A stretch of DNA of 64,000 bases. It comes from Leucoraja erinacea (Eukaryota). Of the stretch, positions 11,961-24,775 are shown one piece after another; the first letter of the stretch is position 1; every line of letters begins with the position of its first letter. The notes beneath the pieces are model-generated. The model saw only the letters and a program-made list of their open reading frames with translations. It did not search any database and had not been told where the DNA came from. The stretch lies in NCBI RefSeq assembly GCF_028641065.1, contig NC_073384.1, positions 16,430,001 to 16,494,000 of the forward strand. Direction: 5' to 3'. The position numbers and the translations under genes are program-made.

Positions 11961-13508
11961 ATGACATACGTGGATGAATATTGTTATATTCCAGACGGCA
12001 GAATGAATAACAACTTACACGCAGATTGCCTGGATCACAATAGAGATATATATTGCCCAACATTCCCAGCTTATATAAAACACCAACTCATTAACATATA
12101 CATGAATATGTATGAAAACATTACAATTATCTTTAATGTTATTATTTCAACCTTTATTATCTAGAACTTTATCCACATTCTTCTGAGATACGTTCAGAAC
12201 CTTGTCATTATAGTCACTTAATGGCGAAGAAGCTCAATCTCAACACCCTTCCCAGAACCTGATGTTCCTCCAGTTCAGGCATCCACTCTTCTGAAGGCTG
12301 GAATTCACGGAAAGCCACGGAAAGTCAAGTCCCGTGATTCCCTCGCTATGATCATCATTCTCCCATTGTCTTAGTTGCTCCTTTGGACAACTGCTCCATC
12401 TCTTTACATAGATCAGTGTCAGGTTTTGACAGATGGAACTTCTGAAAAGCCGTGTGGGACACCTTCATGTGTGGATGATGCAAGGTTGTTGTTCAAGATT
12501 CCTTTCAATGAATATATGGAGAATCCTGCAAATCAATTAAATATTTTATTCATTTGCAAGGAAGAGGACAGACAGGAAAATAATTACATTTCTGATATGG
12601 GGATTATGTTTTACTTTCAAAGGCACCTGTTCCCAATGACCTAGCACCCCTGCTTCTCTAAACCCGTGGCAGCTCCAAGGAGATAATTTGTATTGAAAAG
12701 TAAATGTTAGCGGTGGTGATAACTGGGCAGCCTTGAGGAAATGAGAGATTGCAGATGACTAGGTGAAGCCTTTTCAAAGCCAAAACAGGGAGGGTCTACA
12801 GAGTGTGGATAGTCAAGTCGAACTTGGGTTTCTAGCATACAGATCATGAGTGCGTTAAAATAGGTGGATAGGTGACTTCACCCCCAGGAAAATTCCTCTT
12901 TATCCCAGGAAGATTTGCAGCAATCTTCTGCTGAGTGGATATGCAGAATGATCACAGAGAAGATAAATGTAATTCTTCACGAAAAGCTGGAATGCAGAGG
13001 GTGGGAGATTACCACAGGACACTTTACCTCAGGAAAATTTGCCCAACCTGCTCTTTACCACAGGAACATTTTGCAGAGATCTCATGGAAGTGCTGAGCTG
13101 ATGGTGAGAGTGATGACAGAGTAGATATATGTAATTCATCATCAAAAGCTGGAATGCAGATGCTGGGAGATTGCTCCATGTGAGAGTGTATGAGGTTAGG
13201 GAGGAGTATCCACTGAAAACTTGTCAAACGGAAAAGATAGGGAAGGACAGGAGAGGGAAAAAGGTGTGAGTAGTCATTGTTACAAGTCCACAGCTGGTAG
13301 AATATAGTGAACAATTTGTTTTGTGATTCCAGTTGTTTGACCTTCTGTTTCCATCCCAGTGCTTGTATGCCAAGTGTATCGAGCGGAGTCTGTTGTTCAT
13401 TTGCTAATTGATGTTTCAGAGGGTGCTAATGTGGTAATGTGTTTATTCTGAGCCTGGTAACTAACAATGATCATGTCCCCTACGGCCCCTGTGGATGCCG
13501 CCTGCCTG

Positions 13509-13518
13509 TATAAATAAA
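13509..13518 (+). promoter_or_regulatory. TATA box of the GPR139-like gene
   Basis: TATAAATAAA starts 89 bp upstream of the ATG at 13598. Confidence 0.6.
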
Positions 13519-13597
13519 GGTCTTCACTGAGTGAGTGAACGCAGAATGTCCGCTACAACTCTTCCCTGCTGAAGGACATCGCAATTTACTGCAAAAT

Positions 13598-13679
13598 ATG
13601 AGATTAACGGATCTATTCTATCTGCTCATAGATATTAAACCTTATTACTACCGCTTCCTTGCGGCCGTTGGAGTTCTCT
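13598..13679 (+). CDS. GPR139/GPR142-like class A GPCR, coding exon 1 (N-terminus plus start of TM1)
   Basis: MRLTDLFYLLIDIKPYYYRFLAAVGVL plus 1 nt, then a perfect GTAAGT donor at 13680. Phase 1 joins exon 2 in frame to give ...AAVGVL-S-NVVAIVTLSRG, with the TM1 Asn in register. Confidence 0.85.
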
Positions 13680-14219
13680 GTAAGTCATTACAACCACCTT
13701 GCATTTGTTCAGCTATGATTATTTCTGATTGTTATTCAGCTCTGACTGACCACTGATATTCCTCTCTCCTTCTGTGATTTACTTGCTGCCTCTCCGCCAT
13801 ATCTGCCAGGCTTCAGTCTGATTGGGTCAGCCTCCTTCATCACTCACTGTTGGGTTTGCACTGACCGGGCGTTGGAGCCAAACTAATGACGTATTTATTG
13901 ATATCCAGGTGCTGCTGGTTATTTACAATGCACCCAATTAATATAATGTTTTATATGTAAATAGATATATAATGTATATAAGGTTATGATGTATTATATG
14001 AAAATATTTCTCATCTGTTGTTATCTTGGAGAAAGACACATACCCAGAGGATATTATTTGTAAATACGTAACATACTGAATGTATTACATGTATTATATG
14101 TAAATGCACAGATTAGTCGATAAAATGCATACAGAAACAGTGAAGGTGGAATTATTGAGCACCGATATTTAGATAATGATTCCCCAAATGTTTTAATCTA
14201 GTGAAGTATTGTATCTTTG

Positions 14220-14570
14220 AAATGTGAGCATAGTTGGAACTAACACATTGATTCAATTTGTCCCTCAGATGCCCAGTGCCCAAGTCCGCATTTCTCAGAT
14301 TTCTCCTGCTTCCCTCCCTTCAGCTGGCAAGCCATCTCAGAGCCCATCTTGTCCACAAAACCATCCTCCCATTCACTGGAACCTTGTCCCGCCAAGCACC
14401 AACCTCCAATGACCTCAATCTTTTCATCCTCAAATTCCCCCACCATAACCCTATTCCTCTTACACATTACCCTCCTATATCCAACCTCCCTCTCCTCAAT
14501 GACTCTTTCCAATGTGACCACTGTCTCTGCTCACCTGACTTGCTCACATTACTCGACATCTAGTTAAACT
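14220..14570 (+). mobile_element. Degenerate Penelope-like fragment in the GPCR intron
   Basis: Pyrimidine-rich sequence translating to KSAFLRFLL...RQAPTSNDLNLFI, similar to the upstream ORF region of the Penelope family. Confidence 0.35.
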
Positions 14571-15531
14571 TGATATCTAGTTAGTCTTTTGCTCATTAAA
14601 CTTGGATTCTGTCTGTTCGGTCATTTTTTCGCCAGTCATAGGCTGAGAATTAGCTACAGTGTCTTCCCTTTCCCCTCCATAACCGATTCTCCACTCTTCC
14701 AATCCCCACCCCTACATTCCTAATCTACCTGCTGTCCGCCCGGTGCCATCTCCCCCACCGCAACCTCAGGTTCCACACGTGAGATGATGACTCCCACGCC
14801 TGGAGCTCCACAACGCCTCTCACACCCTCCATAGTCTCTGGGCCAGGGTAATCTGGGATGGGCAACTCATGCTGGCCTGGCCAGGGATGCCCAGACATTG
14901 AGGAGGAAAACACAGAAGATGTCTGTAATGAATCCCTGTCACTGTCTTGTCCCTGAAACAGACATAGAAAAGTCAAGAAGTAACGAGACGGCGACTGATC
15001 ATGTTGGTGAGGGACGTGAAATTGCAGCAAAGTTGTTGAATGTTTAAAATTCACGGCGTGAGCAGTAAATGGCTGCAATCAGTCACAGGTGCGAGACGCA
15101 GAGAGAGTAACAAGACCCAATGTTCCAGAAATTCTGCCTGGGGTGGACACAGCTGGGAGCTGTATGAGTTCACCTGACAACCTCCTTATGCAGACCAGGT
15201 GAGTGAGCAAGATATTACCTGCGAGGACGTTCAACCAGCTAGATATCGGTCCTCAACTCATCCAAGTGGTTAGCCATGCTGGCGGCTCTAGTAGGTACCT
15301 GACTCAAGCCTCAATGCATATTTAGTCTCCTCTCCAGCCCCTCTCAGTGGGAATATATGGAAATATTGCCCCACTGCTGAGGCACACTGTGGAATTTCAT
15401 TGCACAGGTTAATCCAATTCCAAACTCATTATATCTTGTCTCTCATTTACTATTTCATGTCAGCTGTTAAACCTGCAACAATGGCTCTGCCTGCTCACTG
15501 TCAAATTTGTTTCCTTTTCTCAACTTCACAG

Positions 15532-16397
15532 CTAACGTGGTCGCAATTGTAACACTATCACGAGGACGGTGTGGACTCTCCAAAGGTGTCACCTGGTATC
15601 TTGTGGCAATGGCAGTAGCAGATCTACTTGTTGTCATATTTCAAGTCATTCTCATCAACATATTTCACATACCTCGGCATCCTGAGTGCAACATCGTATA
15701 TACCGTGGGTTACATGTCAGTGGCTTGCTCCGTCTGGCTCACTGTTGCCTTCACCTTTGACCGTACGGTGGCCATTTGCTTCCAGAAGCTGAAGACAAGA
15801 TACTGCACTGAGAAAGGTGCAGCCATTGTTATTGCAGTGGTGAGTGTGCTGAGTGTGTTAACCAACATCCCCTGGTATTTCACGTACCACTCACTTTTCT
15901 GCAGGACATCATTTGATTTTGCAACATCGCCGGTGTGGGCAGCATTTGACTGGGGGCACCGCATTTTAACCCCACTCATTCCCTTCGTGCTGATCCTGGT
16001 GCTCAATGGTTTCACTGTCAGGCACATCCTGATGGCCAGTGTAGTCCGCAGAAAACTGAGGGGGCAACGGAGCGGGAAGGGGAAGGATGACCCAGAGATG
16101 AAGAATCGAAGAAAATCCATCATTTTACTCTTCACCATATCGGCCAGTTTTATCCTGTTATGGGTGACACGGGTGGTCATTCTATCAAGTATGCGAATTA
16201 CTGGTCGGTATGTGGGAAGGCTTACGTCTGATTTTGTAGCTGACTACTTGGGAACAATGCTTCAGTTATTCAGCTCCTGCACCAACACGTTTATTTATGC
16301 GGTCACTCAGAGGATGTTCCGGGAGGAGGTGACAAATGCCGTGAAATATCCCTTTAAGGCCATCCTGAAGTTCATTAAAGGTTACGGAGAGAGCTGA
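15532..16397 (+). CDS. GPR139/GPR142-like class A GPCR, coding exon 2 (TM1 to C-terminus); full protein 315 aa
   Basis: Acceptor ttccttttctcaacttcacag at 15511-15531. Open frame with YLVAMAVADLL (TM2), C-N-I-V, SVWLTVAFTFDRTVAIC (TM3), TM5 PF.LIL.LN, DPEMKNRRKSIILLFTIS (TM6) and SCTNTFIYAVTQ..FR (TM7/H8). Confidence 0.92.
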
Positions 16398-17709
16398 AAA
16401 TTTCAAGCCAGGACTGATGGTAATTTTATCTTTTCCGATCAGCAAACCCCTGATTGAATAATGTGATGAAAGTCCTTTATAAATGAGAATCACCACATCA
16501 ACATTGTAGGCAGGTGGAGAATTCACTAGGAAATATATTTTAGGAATATTTTTTTTTTAATCTGCACTTAAGATTGGAGAATTGTTTATAATTCTTGATA
16601 AATCTGCGGCCTGGGTCTGTGCCCCGTATATATAAATGGATAAAAAAATGAATAAGATTTGAAACACACACACTCTTCATCAGTTCAGAAGTTCATGCTG
16701 TAAGTGATAGGAGCAGAATTTGGTCATTCAGTTGAGCGGTTGGGTGCTGGGTTTGAATGCTGTGAGGAAACAAAAACAACGTGGTAGCGGTGCGGGCTGC
16801 CGGTGGATACTTTTCTCTTTACAATGTGTGGAGCAGCATGGCGGAGGAGAGAGCTCAGCTGACTGCAAAGCGTCTCTGTTTTAGGCCTATCCCAGTCTCC
16901 CAATCGTCCCAGAAACCCACTAAAATGGTGGTGGAGGAGTAGACCTAACGAAACAACAATTTGTGTCTGCTAATGTTCGATTTGAAATGGTTTATTAATG
17001 GAAAGGGTGTGGCTCCCAAAACAATCTTAGCCAAAATAGCATAGTTTTACCTCTCTCTCATCACAACTTTCTTGTAGCCTATGACTGTTAATACCAATCA
17101 TAAAAGTAATGCTTGCTAGGCAATCTTCTTCATAAGAAACAATTCGTAAAGTGGAACACTTTGTAGTTATAGTAGAGAATGAGACACATGAGAGCAGGCT
17201 GAAAAAAACGAATGGAACGAAAGCAATGGGAGCATGAGCGCGTGCGTTCACGCGTGCACAACTGATCCAGCCCACATAAAGTCACATTTTGCACAAAAAG
17301 TCGCATTTTTCCCAATCTTGCCCATGACCTACAATTAGTTTTACACCCCGTAACTATACCAAATGTGGACCTGTTTGGTCCCCCTCTGCTCAGAGGAATC
17401 TCAGCGCTTGAGGCTTGGAGCTTCGGGAGAAAGCATTCGAGATAAAGCGTCTTTCTACACCAGACCTTCTCTTATCTTATTGCCCCTGCAATCTTCAGGA
17501 TTTACAGACAGCAATAGGTGTTCGCAGTGCCGCAGCAGATGTAGCTGCTCCCACTTCGCTCTTGTGACCCGGCTCGACTCTAATCTCGGGTGCAGTCTAT
17601 CTGGAGATTGCACATCCTTTATTTGACCCCATGGACTATCTATGGCTACTCCCATTCCCTCCTATGTCCAAAAGGTGTGCAGGTTGGTGGCTTAATTTGT
17701 CGCCACATA

Positions 17710-17875
17710 TGAATTGAATTGAATTTCCTTTATTGTCATTCAGACCTTACGGTCTGAACGAAATTTCGTGCCTGCAGTCATACATACAATGATACAATAA
17801 TAAACAACAATAAACACAAATTAACATCCACCACAGTGAGTCCTCCAAACACCTCCTCACTGTGGTGGAGGCAAA
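17710..17875 (-). mobile_element. Rex1/Babar-like LINE or LINE-derived 3' end
   Basis: (gaatt)n tail followed by tttattgtcatt (AATAAA on the minus strand). Confidence 0.5.
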
Positions 17876-18149
17876 AATCTTAGGGCTGCAGTCTCTTCCC
17901 TCTTCTCCCTCTGCGCTGGGGCGATACCCCACCGGGCGATGGTACAAACAGTCCCGCAGCTCACCGAACCCCGCGAACGGGCCGGTTCAAACACTGCGGC
18001 CCGGGGTGGTCGAAGCCGCCCCACCTCCAGTCCAACACACGCAGCCGCCGGCCCGCGGCTGAACCCAGGACTCTGGACACCGCCGCCAGAACGTCGTCCC
18101 AGCCACCGGAGCACCGTCCTCCAGCCCCCGGACCAGATCGCCCTCACGT

Positions 18150-18288
18150 GAGTGCCGTTCCTCCCTCGGGCTGGGCCACTCCAGCGGGAGTGCCGTTCCT
18201 CCCTCGGGCTGGGCCACTCCAGCGGGAGTGCCGTTCCTCCCGGGCTGGGCCACTCCAGCGGGAGTGCCGTTGGGCTGGGCCACTCCAG
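18150..18288. repeat. GC-rich minisatellite, 38-bp unit, about 3.7 copies
   Basis: gagtgccgttcctccctcgggctgggccactccagcgg at 18150 and 18188, a 36-bp variant at 18226 and a partial copy at 18262; no spacers. Confidence 0.9.
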
Positions 18289-19032
18289 CCCCTCACCAGG
18301 CCGCTCTCACGGGAGCACCGTTCCATCCCGGGCTGGGCCGGGAGCGAGCCCAGGACGAGTCCTGTCAGCTGCCTCCAGAGTCCCGAGGTCGCCGGATCCG
18401 CTAGACCTCAGCGTAGACGGAGGCAAAGAAGGGGGATACGACAAAAAGGTCATATGCCCTTAGTGTGGAGTTGAGTGGTAGAATCAGGCAGGGCAGTATA
18501 TGGGAATTTGCCATTCCATCTCCCTTGGACTGTTTGACACACTCTCAACATTGCACCCCCCCCCCCCCCCCCCCTCCCCCACCACACACACACATACTCC
18601 CTTTTTGCTCTATTTCAACCAGCATTTGTATCAACATGAGCTTCATCAGCTGTCACCCTGGGTGATGCTTCCAGAGTATTGTACTCTGTCCTCCCACCAT
18701 CTCTACCAAAGCAGGCTTCATTTGCACTACCATTCTCAAAGGCTGCGCGATCTCCCAGTCACACTCCCTTCAAAGATAACCCTATTAATGGAGAAGACGC
18801 AAAGTCAAAGTCAAGTCCCTCAACATCCACGATAGCCGCACACTCTGAGCACTTTCAGGACCATGGCCAGCACAGGCCATGGTAGGAATCAATGAACAGT
18901 GAACCCTTCAAATATACAGATATCATTATTAAATAATGTTGGGGATGGGGTCTGTCCTGTTGCTGAATATTGTGAGAAAGCATTAATTGGGCCATTAAAG
19001 CTGTATTTAGCGGACCTCTCGTTTGAACGAGA

Positions 19033-19107
19033 TCCAAGGATTCATAACTCAGAGAGAAGCAATTCCACCTCATCTCCAAGGATTCATAACTCAGAGAGAA
19101 GCAATTC
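19033..19107. repeat. 33-bp direct repeat, 2 copies, 42-bp period
   Basis: tccaaggattcataactcagagagaagcaattc at 19033 and 19075. Confidence 0.85.
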
Positions 19108-19437
19108 AGTCTAAAATGGGAGCCACTAATTCTGACACGATCATCTTTGCTTTTAACTTCCCCATCTGAGAAAACATCCCCGCAACATTTATACTATGTG
19201 GCTCCTTAAGAAAGTTATCCAGTTGTCAGTGGAAGTCAGTGGAAGGGAATTTGGTTTGTCTGATGGTCTGGGCTGCGTCCACAATTCTCTGCAATCAAGT
19301 CCATACCAGCAGATCTATCCGCGCTACTGATTTTCAATGTAACCTGCTCTCCACACATTTTCCTACAATATTTTATTTCTCCGTGAGAGCCGGTTTCCCG
19401 GGTTAATGGTTAAACTCAGGGAAACCGCGAGTAATTG

Positions 19438-19469
<32 letters not shown>

Positions 19470-22400
19470 TAGGAAGGGCGTGAACTAGCCGCCCACGCTG
19501 GCAAACCATGCTTAAAGAGGGTCTGAAGAAGCGTCTCGACCCGAAATCTTGAACAAAAAACAAATTGTTTCATCCATGTTCTCCGGAGATATTTGCCAGA
19601 CCTGCTGATGTTACTCCAGCACTATGAGTCCGTTTTGTGTATGAACCAGCATCTGCAGTTCTTTGCCTCTGGAACGCAGAACCAGGCTGGATTTTGTTTT
19701 TTCTGCAGCGGGAGTTTCGGATGGTAAAAAGCATAACGTGCTGGAGGAACTCGGCGGGTCAGGCAGCATTTGCGGAGGGAAATGGACGGACGACGTTTCG
19801 GGTGGGGACCCGAAAGGGCGCCGCAGCGGTAAACGTTTTTCATGTTGTGAAGTGTTGGCATATTTTCGGGACAAAAATAGATGAATTGCTCGTGGAAGGA
19901 AAAAAAGAGGCACAAAGTGCTGGAGCAATTCAGCGGGTCATGCAGCATTATTGACCTCGTGCTTACCATAATCAGAAAAAATCCTGAAAAATGCTCTTGC
20001 ATCTCCCTTGGACTGTTTGACACACTCTCAACATTACAACCTACATTTGCATCAACAGATGGCCTTCATCAGCTGTCACCCTGGAATATGCTTGCACTGT
20101 CCAAAGCAGGCTTCTTCTTTTTCACTACCTTACACACAATGGCTCCTCGATCTCCCAGCCATGCTCCCTTCAAAGATACCCCTACTAATGCTACATGACA
20201 GGGGAGCAATTGATGAAGACTCCAGCATCTGCAGTCTCTTGCGTCACTAACATAGCTCAGTACCTCGGGACACCAATTTCCAGTGTCTTAATGCCCAAAT
20301 GTCCTTGGTTCCTCAGAGCTAGAGGACTCCTGGTCTCCTACTTGGTTCAGCAGTGACAAGTTGAGAATTAATCAATTATGACTCGTGTTAATACACTTGA
20401 TAAAGTCGATGTAAGGATGTTTAAAAAAAAACTGTATCCAAGTGATAATAGACAATAGGTGCAGGAGTAGGCCATTCGGCCCTTCGAGCCAGCACCGCCA
20501 TTCAATGTGATCATGGCTGATCATCCCCAATCAGTACCCCGTTCCTGCCTTACTCCTTATTCTTAAACTGTGGCTCCTGGTTCTAGAGTTCGGCTCTAGC
20601 GTTGACCAATTAGTCAACGTGGAAATCGGAGTGGATCAAAAGTAAGGGGCCAATATTGGAGCAATGTGCGCGATTAAAATAATGATATCTGGATTATGCA
20701 CCAAATTTCTTTGTGGACAGAGGAATGTAAACAAGTAGGAAAGAACTCAGCAATTGGGCAGAGGTAAAGAGCTACACAAAAGCAATGAATTGTAATAATG
20801 CTTGGTGAAAGCAATCAGCTCACAAAGTAACGGAAAAAAATTATCCACAGCATTTCCTTCTGAAGTGTTGAACTCTGATTTTTAACAGTTCGGAATCTAC
20901 AAAGTAATGGCAAGTGCAAAAGCCCGTGATCATTTTCTACAGATTGGTGGAGTGAAACAAAGTGTGTGAAAAAGTGTTATTTAATCTGTGGCTCACACCA
21001 TTATGTTCAACTCAATCCTAATTATTACTGAAATTCAAAAAATAAGTCAACAACCTTAAAAGATTAATCACAATATGCCAAAGGTTTGCCAAGATCAACA
21101 ATGAGGAAGTTATGATCCACTATTTCCACAGAACCTGATTATATACATATTCATTATCACAATGAAGAATGCACAGCAAGTTCCCAATGACAAAAATTGG
21201 AAGAAATGTCCGAAAAAGAAACTGGACCCAAAAGGTCACTAGTCCATGGTCTCCAGAGGTGCTGCCTGGCCTGCTGGGGTACTCCAGCACGTTGTGTCAT
21301 TTCCTAGAAACGAGTACAGATATGTTCAATGCCTTGCTTTGGGGATAGATATTGGCTGGAAGGAGATTCGCTGACCTCTACCAGAGTTTGAAGCCACCCC
21401 AGAGAGTAACCAATAGCTCGGTTTAAGCCTGCAAATACAGTAAATCTGAAATTAAAAGAGAGAATGCCAGAAACACTCAGAGAGTCAGACAACATCTGTA
21501 GAGAAAGTGAAACATGGTAAATGCTTCGTGTTGTTTCCCTTCTGTCAGACCTGACATTGCTAGTGATGGCACCAATGGACCTGGTCTAGAGTAGGTTCTG
21601 TTACAGAGTTATTGCCCTGACATATTAACTCTGATTCTCTCTCCATAGATGTGTAGGAAGAAACTGCAGACGCTGCATATACCGAATATGGACACACAGC
21701 GCTGGAGTAACTCACAGGGTCAGGCAGCATCTCTGGAGAAAAGGAACAGGGGACATTCCGGGTTGGGACCTTTCTTCACTCCCGACCCGGAATGTCGTCC
21801 ATCCTTTTTATCCAGAGAAGCTGCAACAATTTAGTTTTAAATCAGTGTGATGTCTCAACTTTGAGACTGCATCTTTGTAGGTGCAGCATTCCCTCGGATC
21901 TCCACTGGAATGCCACCTTCACCTTCTCACTCAAATTTTAATCACCAACTTCCAGCAAGATGGCGATGAAAGTAAATCGGGAGCCGTTTTTCCCCAGTTA
22001 GACTGGTGGAGCTGGAATCTCAGAGGTCTGCGGATCAACTCAGCTGGAATTTTTGCAGATTTCTGCAAGACAAGGTCACCAATGGACACGAGCAATGGTC
22101 ATCTTTCCTGTTAAGCAGTCGCTCTGGATCGAGGATGAATAGATCCACGTAAGATATGTGTACTCTGAGATAATGGACCAGGCCATTGCGGCAACTACAG
22201 GCTCTGACAAAGATGGAGCAGGGGGGGTGATGCAGAATGGATCAGGCCCTTCAGTCCACCAATTCAATGCTGACCATCAAGCACCCATTTGTACTACTCC
22301 GATACAAATCCCAATTTTATTCTCCCTCGCATTTCCATAAATATTCTGGATCTCACCTACGCATTTGGAAACAAATTATAGCGGTCAATTAGCCGACTCT

Positions 22401-22974
22401 GGATAGACACAAAAGTGCTGCAGTCACGAGGGATGAGCTGCCTACACTGGGCTTCCTTGTGCTCCAGGGGTATCACTGATGGCCACGGACGCAGTGGGCT
22501 GAAGGGACTGTACCGATGCTTTGTGATCCGATGGCCATTGGACTCAATGTGAGACAAGTCTGGTGAGGTGGCTGATGAGCATCATCTTGATGTCACCCAA
22601 ATCCCAACAGTGTCTCCCGAGAGAGACACTGATGTGTATAGCCCTCAGACTGATTCTTCCCGCTCGACCAGACGAGGGGTTGCAATGGTCATTTATCTTT
22701 TCGGTTTGATTGTGTCCATTTTCATTTTGTATTGTGGCATGGTGTAGTTCTATGTTCTGTTCGGCCCATTCAGTTTGAAGTTTAGTTTAGTGTGTGTATC
22801 ATGGTACCGTGAAAAGCTTTTGTTGCCTACTAACCAGTCAGCGGAATGGCAATACATGATTTCAATTGAGCCATTCACAAATACATGATAAAGGGAATAT
22901 TATGAATAACGTTTAGTATAAGATAAGATCTAGTAAAGTCCGATTAAAGATAGTCCGAGGGTCTACAATGATGT

Positions 22975-23335
22975 CAGATTCAGATTCAGATTCAAACTTT
23001 ATTGTCATTGCGCAGTGTACAGTACAGAGACAACAAAATGCAGTTAGCATCTCCCAAGAAGAGCGAACATAGAATATGAGCAATAAATATATATACGAAA
23101 ATACAGCCGTCGTAGTGCAATTTTTGGGGGATTGGCGGGGGACTGGCAATCACCGACGTACAGAGTTAAGAACAGCCGCAGGGAAGAAGCTGTTCCTGGA
23201 CCTGCAACGGAGAGACATGTAACGCCTCCCGGATGGTAGGAGGGTAAACAGACTGTGGTTGGGGTGAGAGCAGTCCTTAACGATGCTGCGCGCCCTTCGC
23301 AGGCATCGCTTGCTTTGGATAGACTCAATGGAGGG
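22975..23335 (-). mobile_element. Rex1/Babar-like LINE 3' end
   Basis: RCLRRARSIVKDCSHPNHSLFTLLPSGRRY..RNSFFPAAV on the minus strand; (cagatt)n tail. Confidence 0.8.
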
Positions 23336-24464
23336 GTGTAGATTGTATCTCAGGAGGGACAGTTCCCCAGTTGTTGACAGAGTTGTTCCGTTGTCTCTTA
23401 ACGGCTGGGCCGAAACTGTCACTGAATCTGGAAGTATGTGTTTCCACACATCTACACCTCTTGCCCGATGGGTGAGGGGAGAAGAGGGTGTGAGACTGGT
23501 CCTTGCATATGATTGTGGCCTTGCCTATGAAGCGTGAAGTTGAAATGAAGTCAATGGAAGGGAGTTTGGTTTATATGATGGTCTGGGCTATGTCTATGCA
23601 GTATTTCTATGCCAGCAGTTCCATTCGCGCTACTGATTGTTCAATACAGCCAATCTCCACACATTTTCCGTCAATATTTAATTTCTCCATTACAGTCGGT
23701 TTAATGGGCACTCTCTTGGAAACTGCGAGTGATTGAACCCCCCTTCCCCCACCCCTCCCCCCCCCCCCCTTCCCCACCCCCCACCACCCCCCCCTCCCCC
23801 CCCCCCCCCCCACACACACACACACACATATATACACACAGACACAGACATACCACTGAACAGGGAAAGGTGGTCGGCGGGAGGGAATGAAGTAGCCGTC
23901 CACGCACGCAAACCACAGGGGCTGAAAAAGGGTATCGACCCGAAACGTCACCTACACATATTCTCCGGAGATGTTGCCCGACCTGCTAAGTTACTCCAGC
24001 ACTTTGAGTCGTTTTGCGTATAATCAAGCATCTGCAGTTCTTTGCTTCTGCAACGCAGAACCAGTTCGGATTTTTGGACGAACCCGTTTTTTTCTGCAGC
24101 GGCTGCTTCAGCAGGTAAAAGGAATAAAGTGCTGGAGGATCTCGGCGGGTCAAGCAGCATCTGTGGAGGGAAATGGGCAGACGATGTTTCGGGTCGGTAC
24201 CCGTCTTCAGCTGGCAAAGGGCGCTGCAGCAGTAAACGTCTTTCATGTTCAGCCACGATGCCGGAGCGGTCTACAGGGACCAAATGGCCCATGCCCACCG
24301 CTAAGTCATACATCAGTATCTTCCGATTCTTCCACGTGTCCTGCATCCAAGAGGCGTCGCTTGCCCGCACTGTGTCTCTTCTAGCATCGATCCCTGATTT
24401 GTCTGGTCGGACCCTCTGGTATTTTGAGCGACAGGCTATTAGTGGTTGGATCGTAAGTGGCTGG

Positions 24465-24775
24465 ACAGGCTAGATGCAGGAAAATTGTTCCCGATGTTGG
24501 AGAAGTCCAGAACAAGGGATCACAGTTTAAGGATAAGGGGGAAGTCTTTGAGATTTTTTTTCACACAGAGAGTGGTGAATCTGTGGAATTCTCTGCCACA
24601 GAAAGTAGTTGAGGCCAGTTCATTGGCTATATTTAAGAGGGAGTTAGATGTGGCCCTAAAGGGATCAGGGGGTATGGAGAGAAGGCAGGTACAGGATACT
24701 GAGTTGGATGATCAGCCATGATCATATTGAATGGCGGTGCAGGCTCGAAGGGCTGAATAGTCTACCTGCACCTAT
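24465..24775 (+). mobile_element. Young CR1 LINE 3' end
   Basis: Closely similar to 40980-41366 (DRLDAG.LFPML.KSRTR.HSLRIRG..FFTQRVVNLWNSL). Confidence 0.85.

Noticed and set aside
12420-12525. Minus-strand acceptor-like site with short open frames as a possible last exon of the Ig gene
   Set aside because: No recognisable motif, and it would require the GPCR to be nested in an intron. There is no supporting evidence.
15507-15531. ORF-track start (TTG, MFPFLNFT) for the GPCR
   Set aside because: This is the intron polypyrimidine tract and acceptor; the real start is in exon 1 at 13598.
15710-16180. 156-aa antisense ORF
   Set aside because: Shadow of the GPCR coding strand with no independent signals.
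18150-18288. 38-bp repeats as a CRISPR array
   Set aside because: The units are head-to-tail with no unique spacers, there are no cas genes, and the context is eukaryotic.
20618-21130. Imperfect inverted ends (gtggaaatcggagtggatca / tgatccactatttccac) suggesting a MITE
   Set aside because: The match is short and gapped and no TSD is identifiable; too weak to call.
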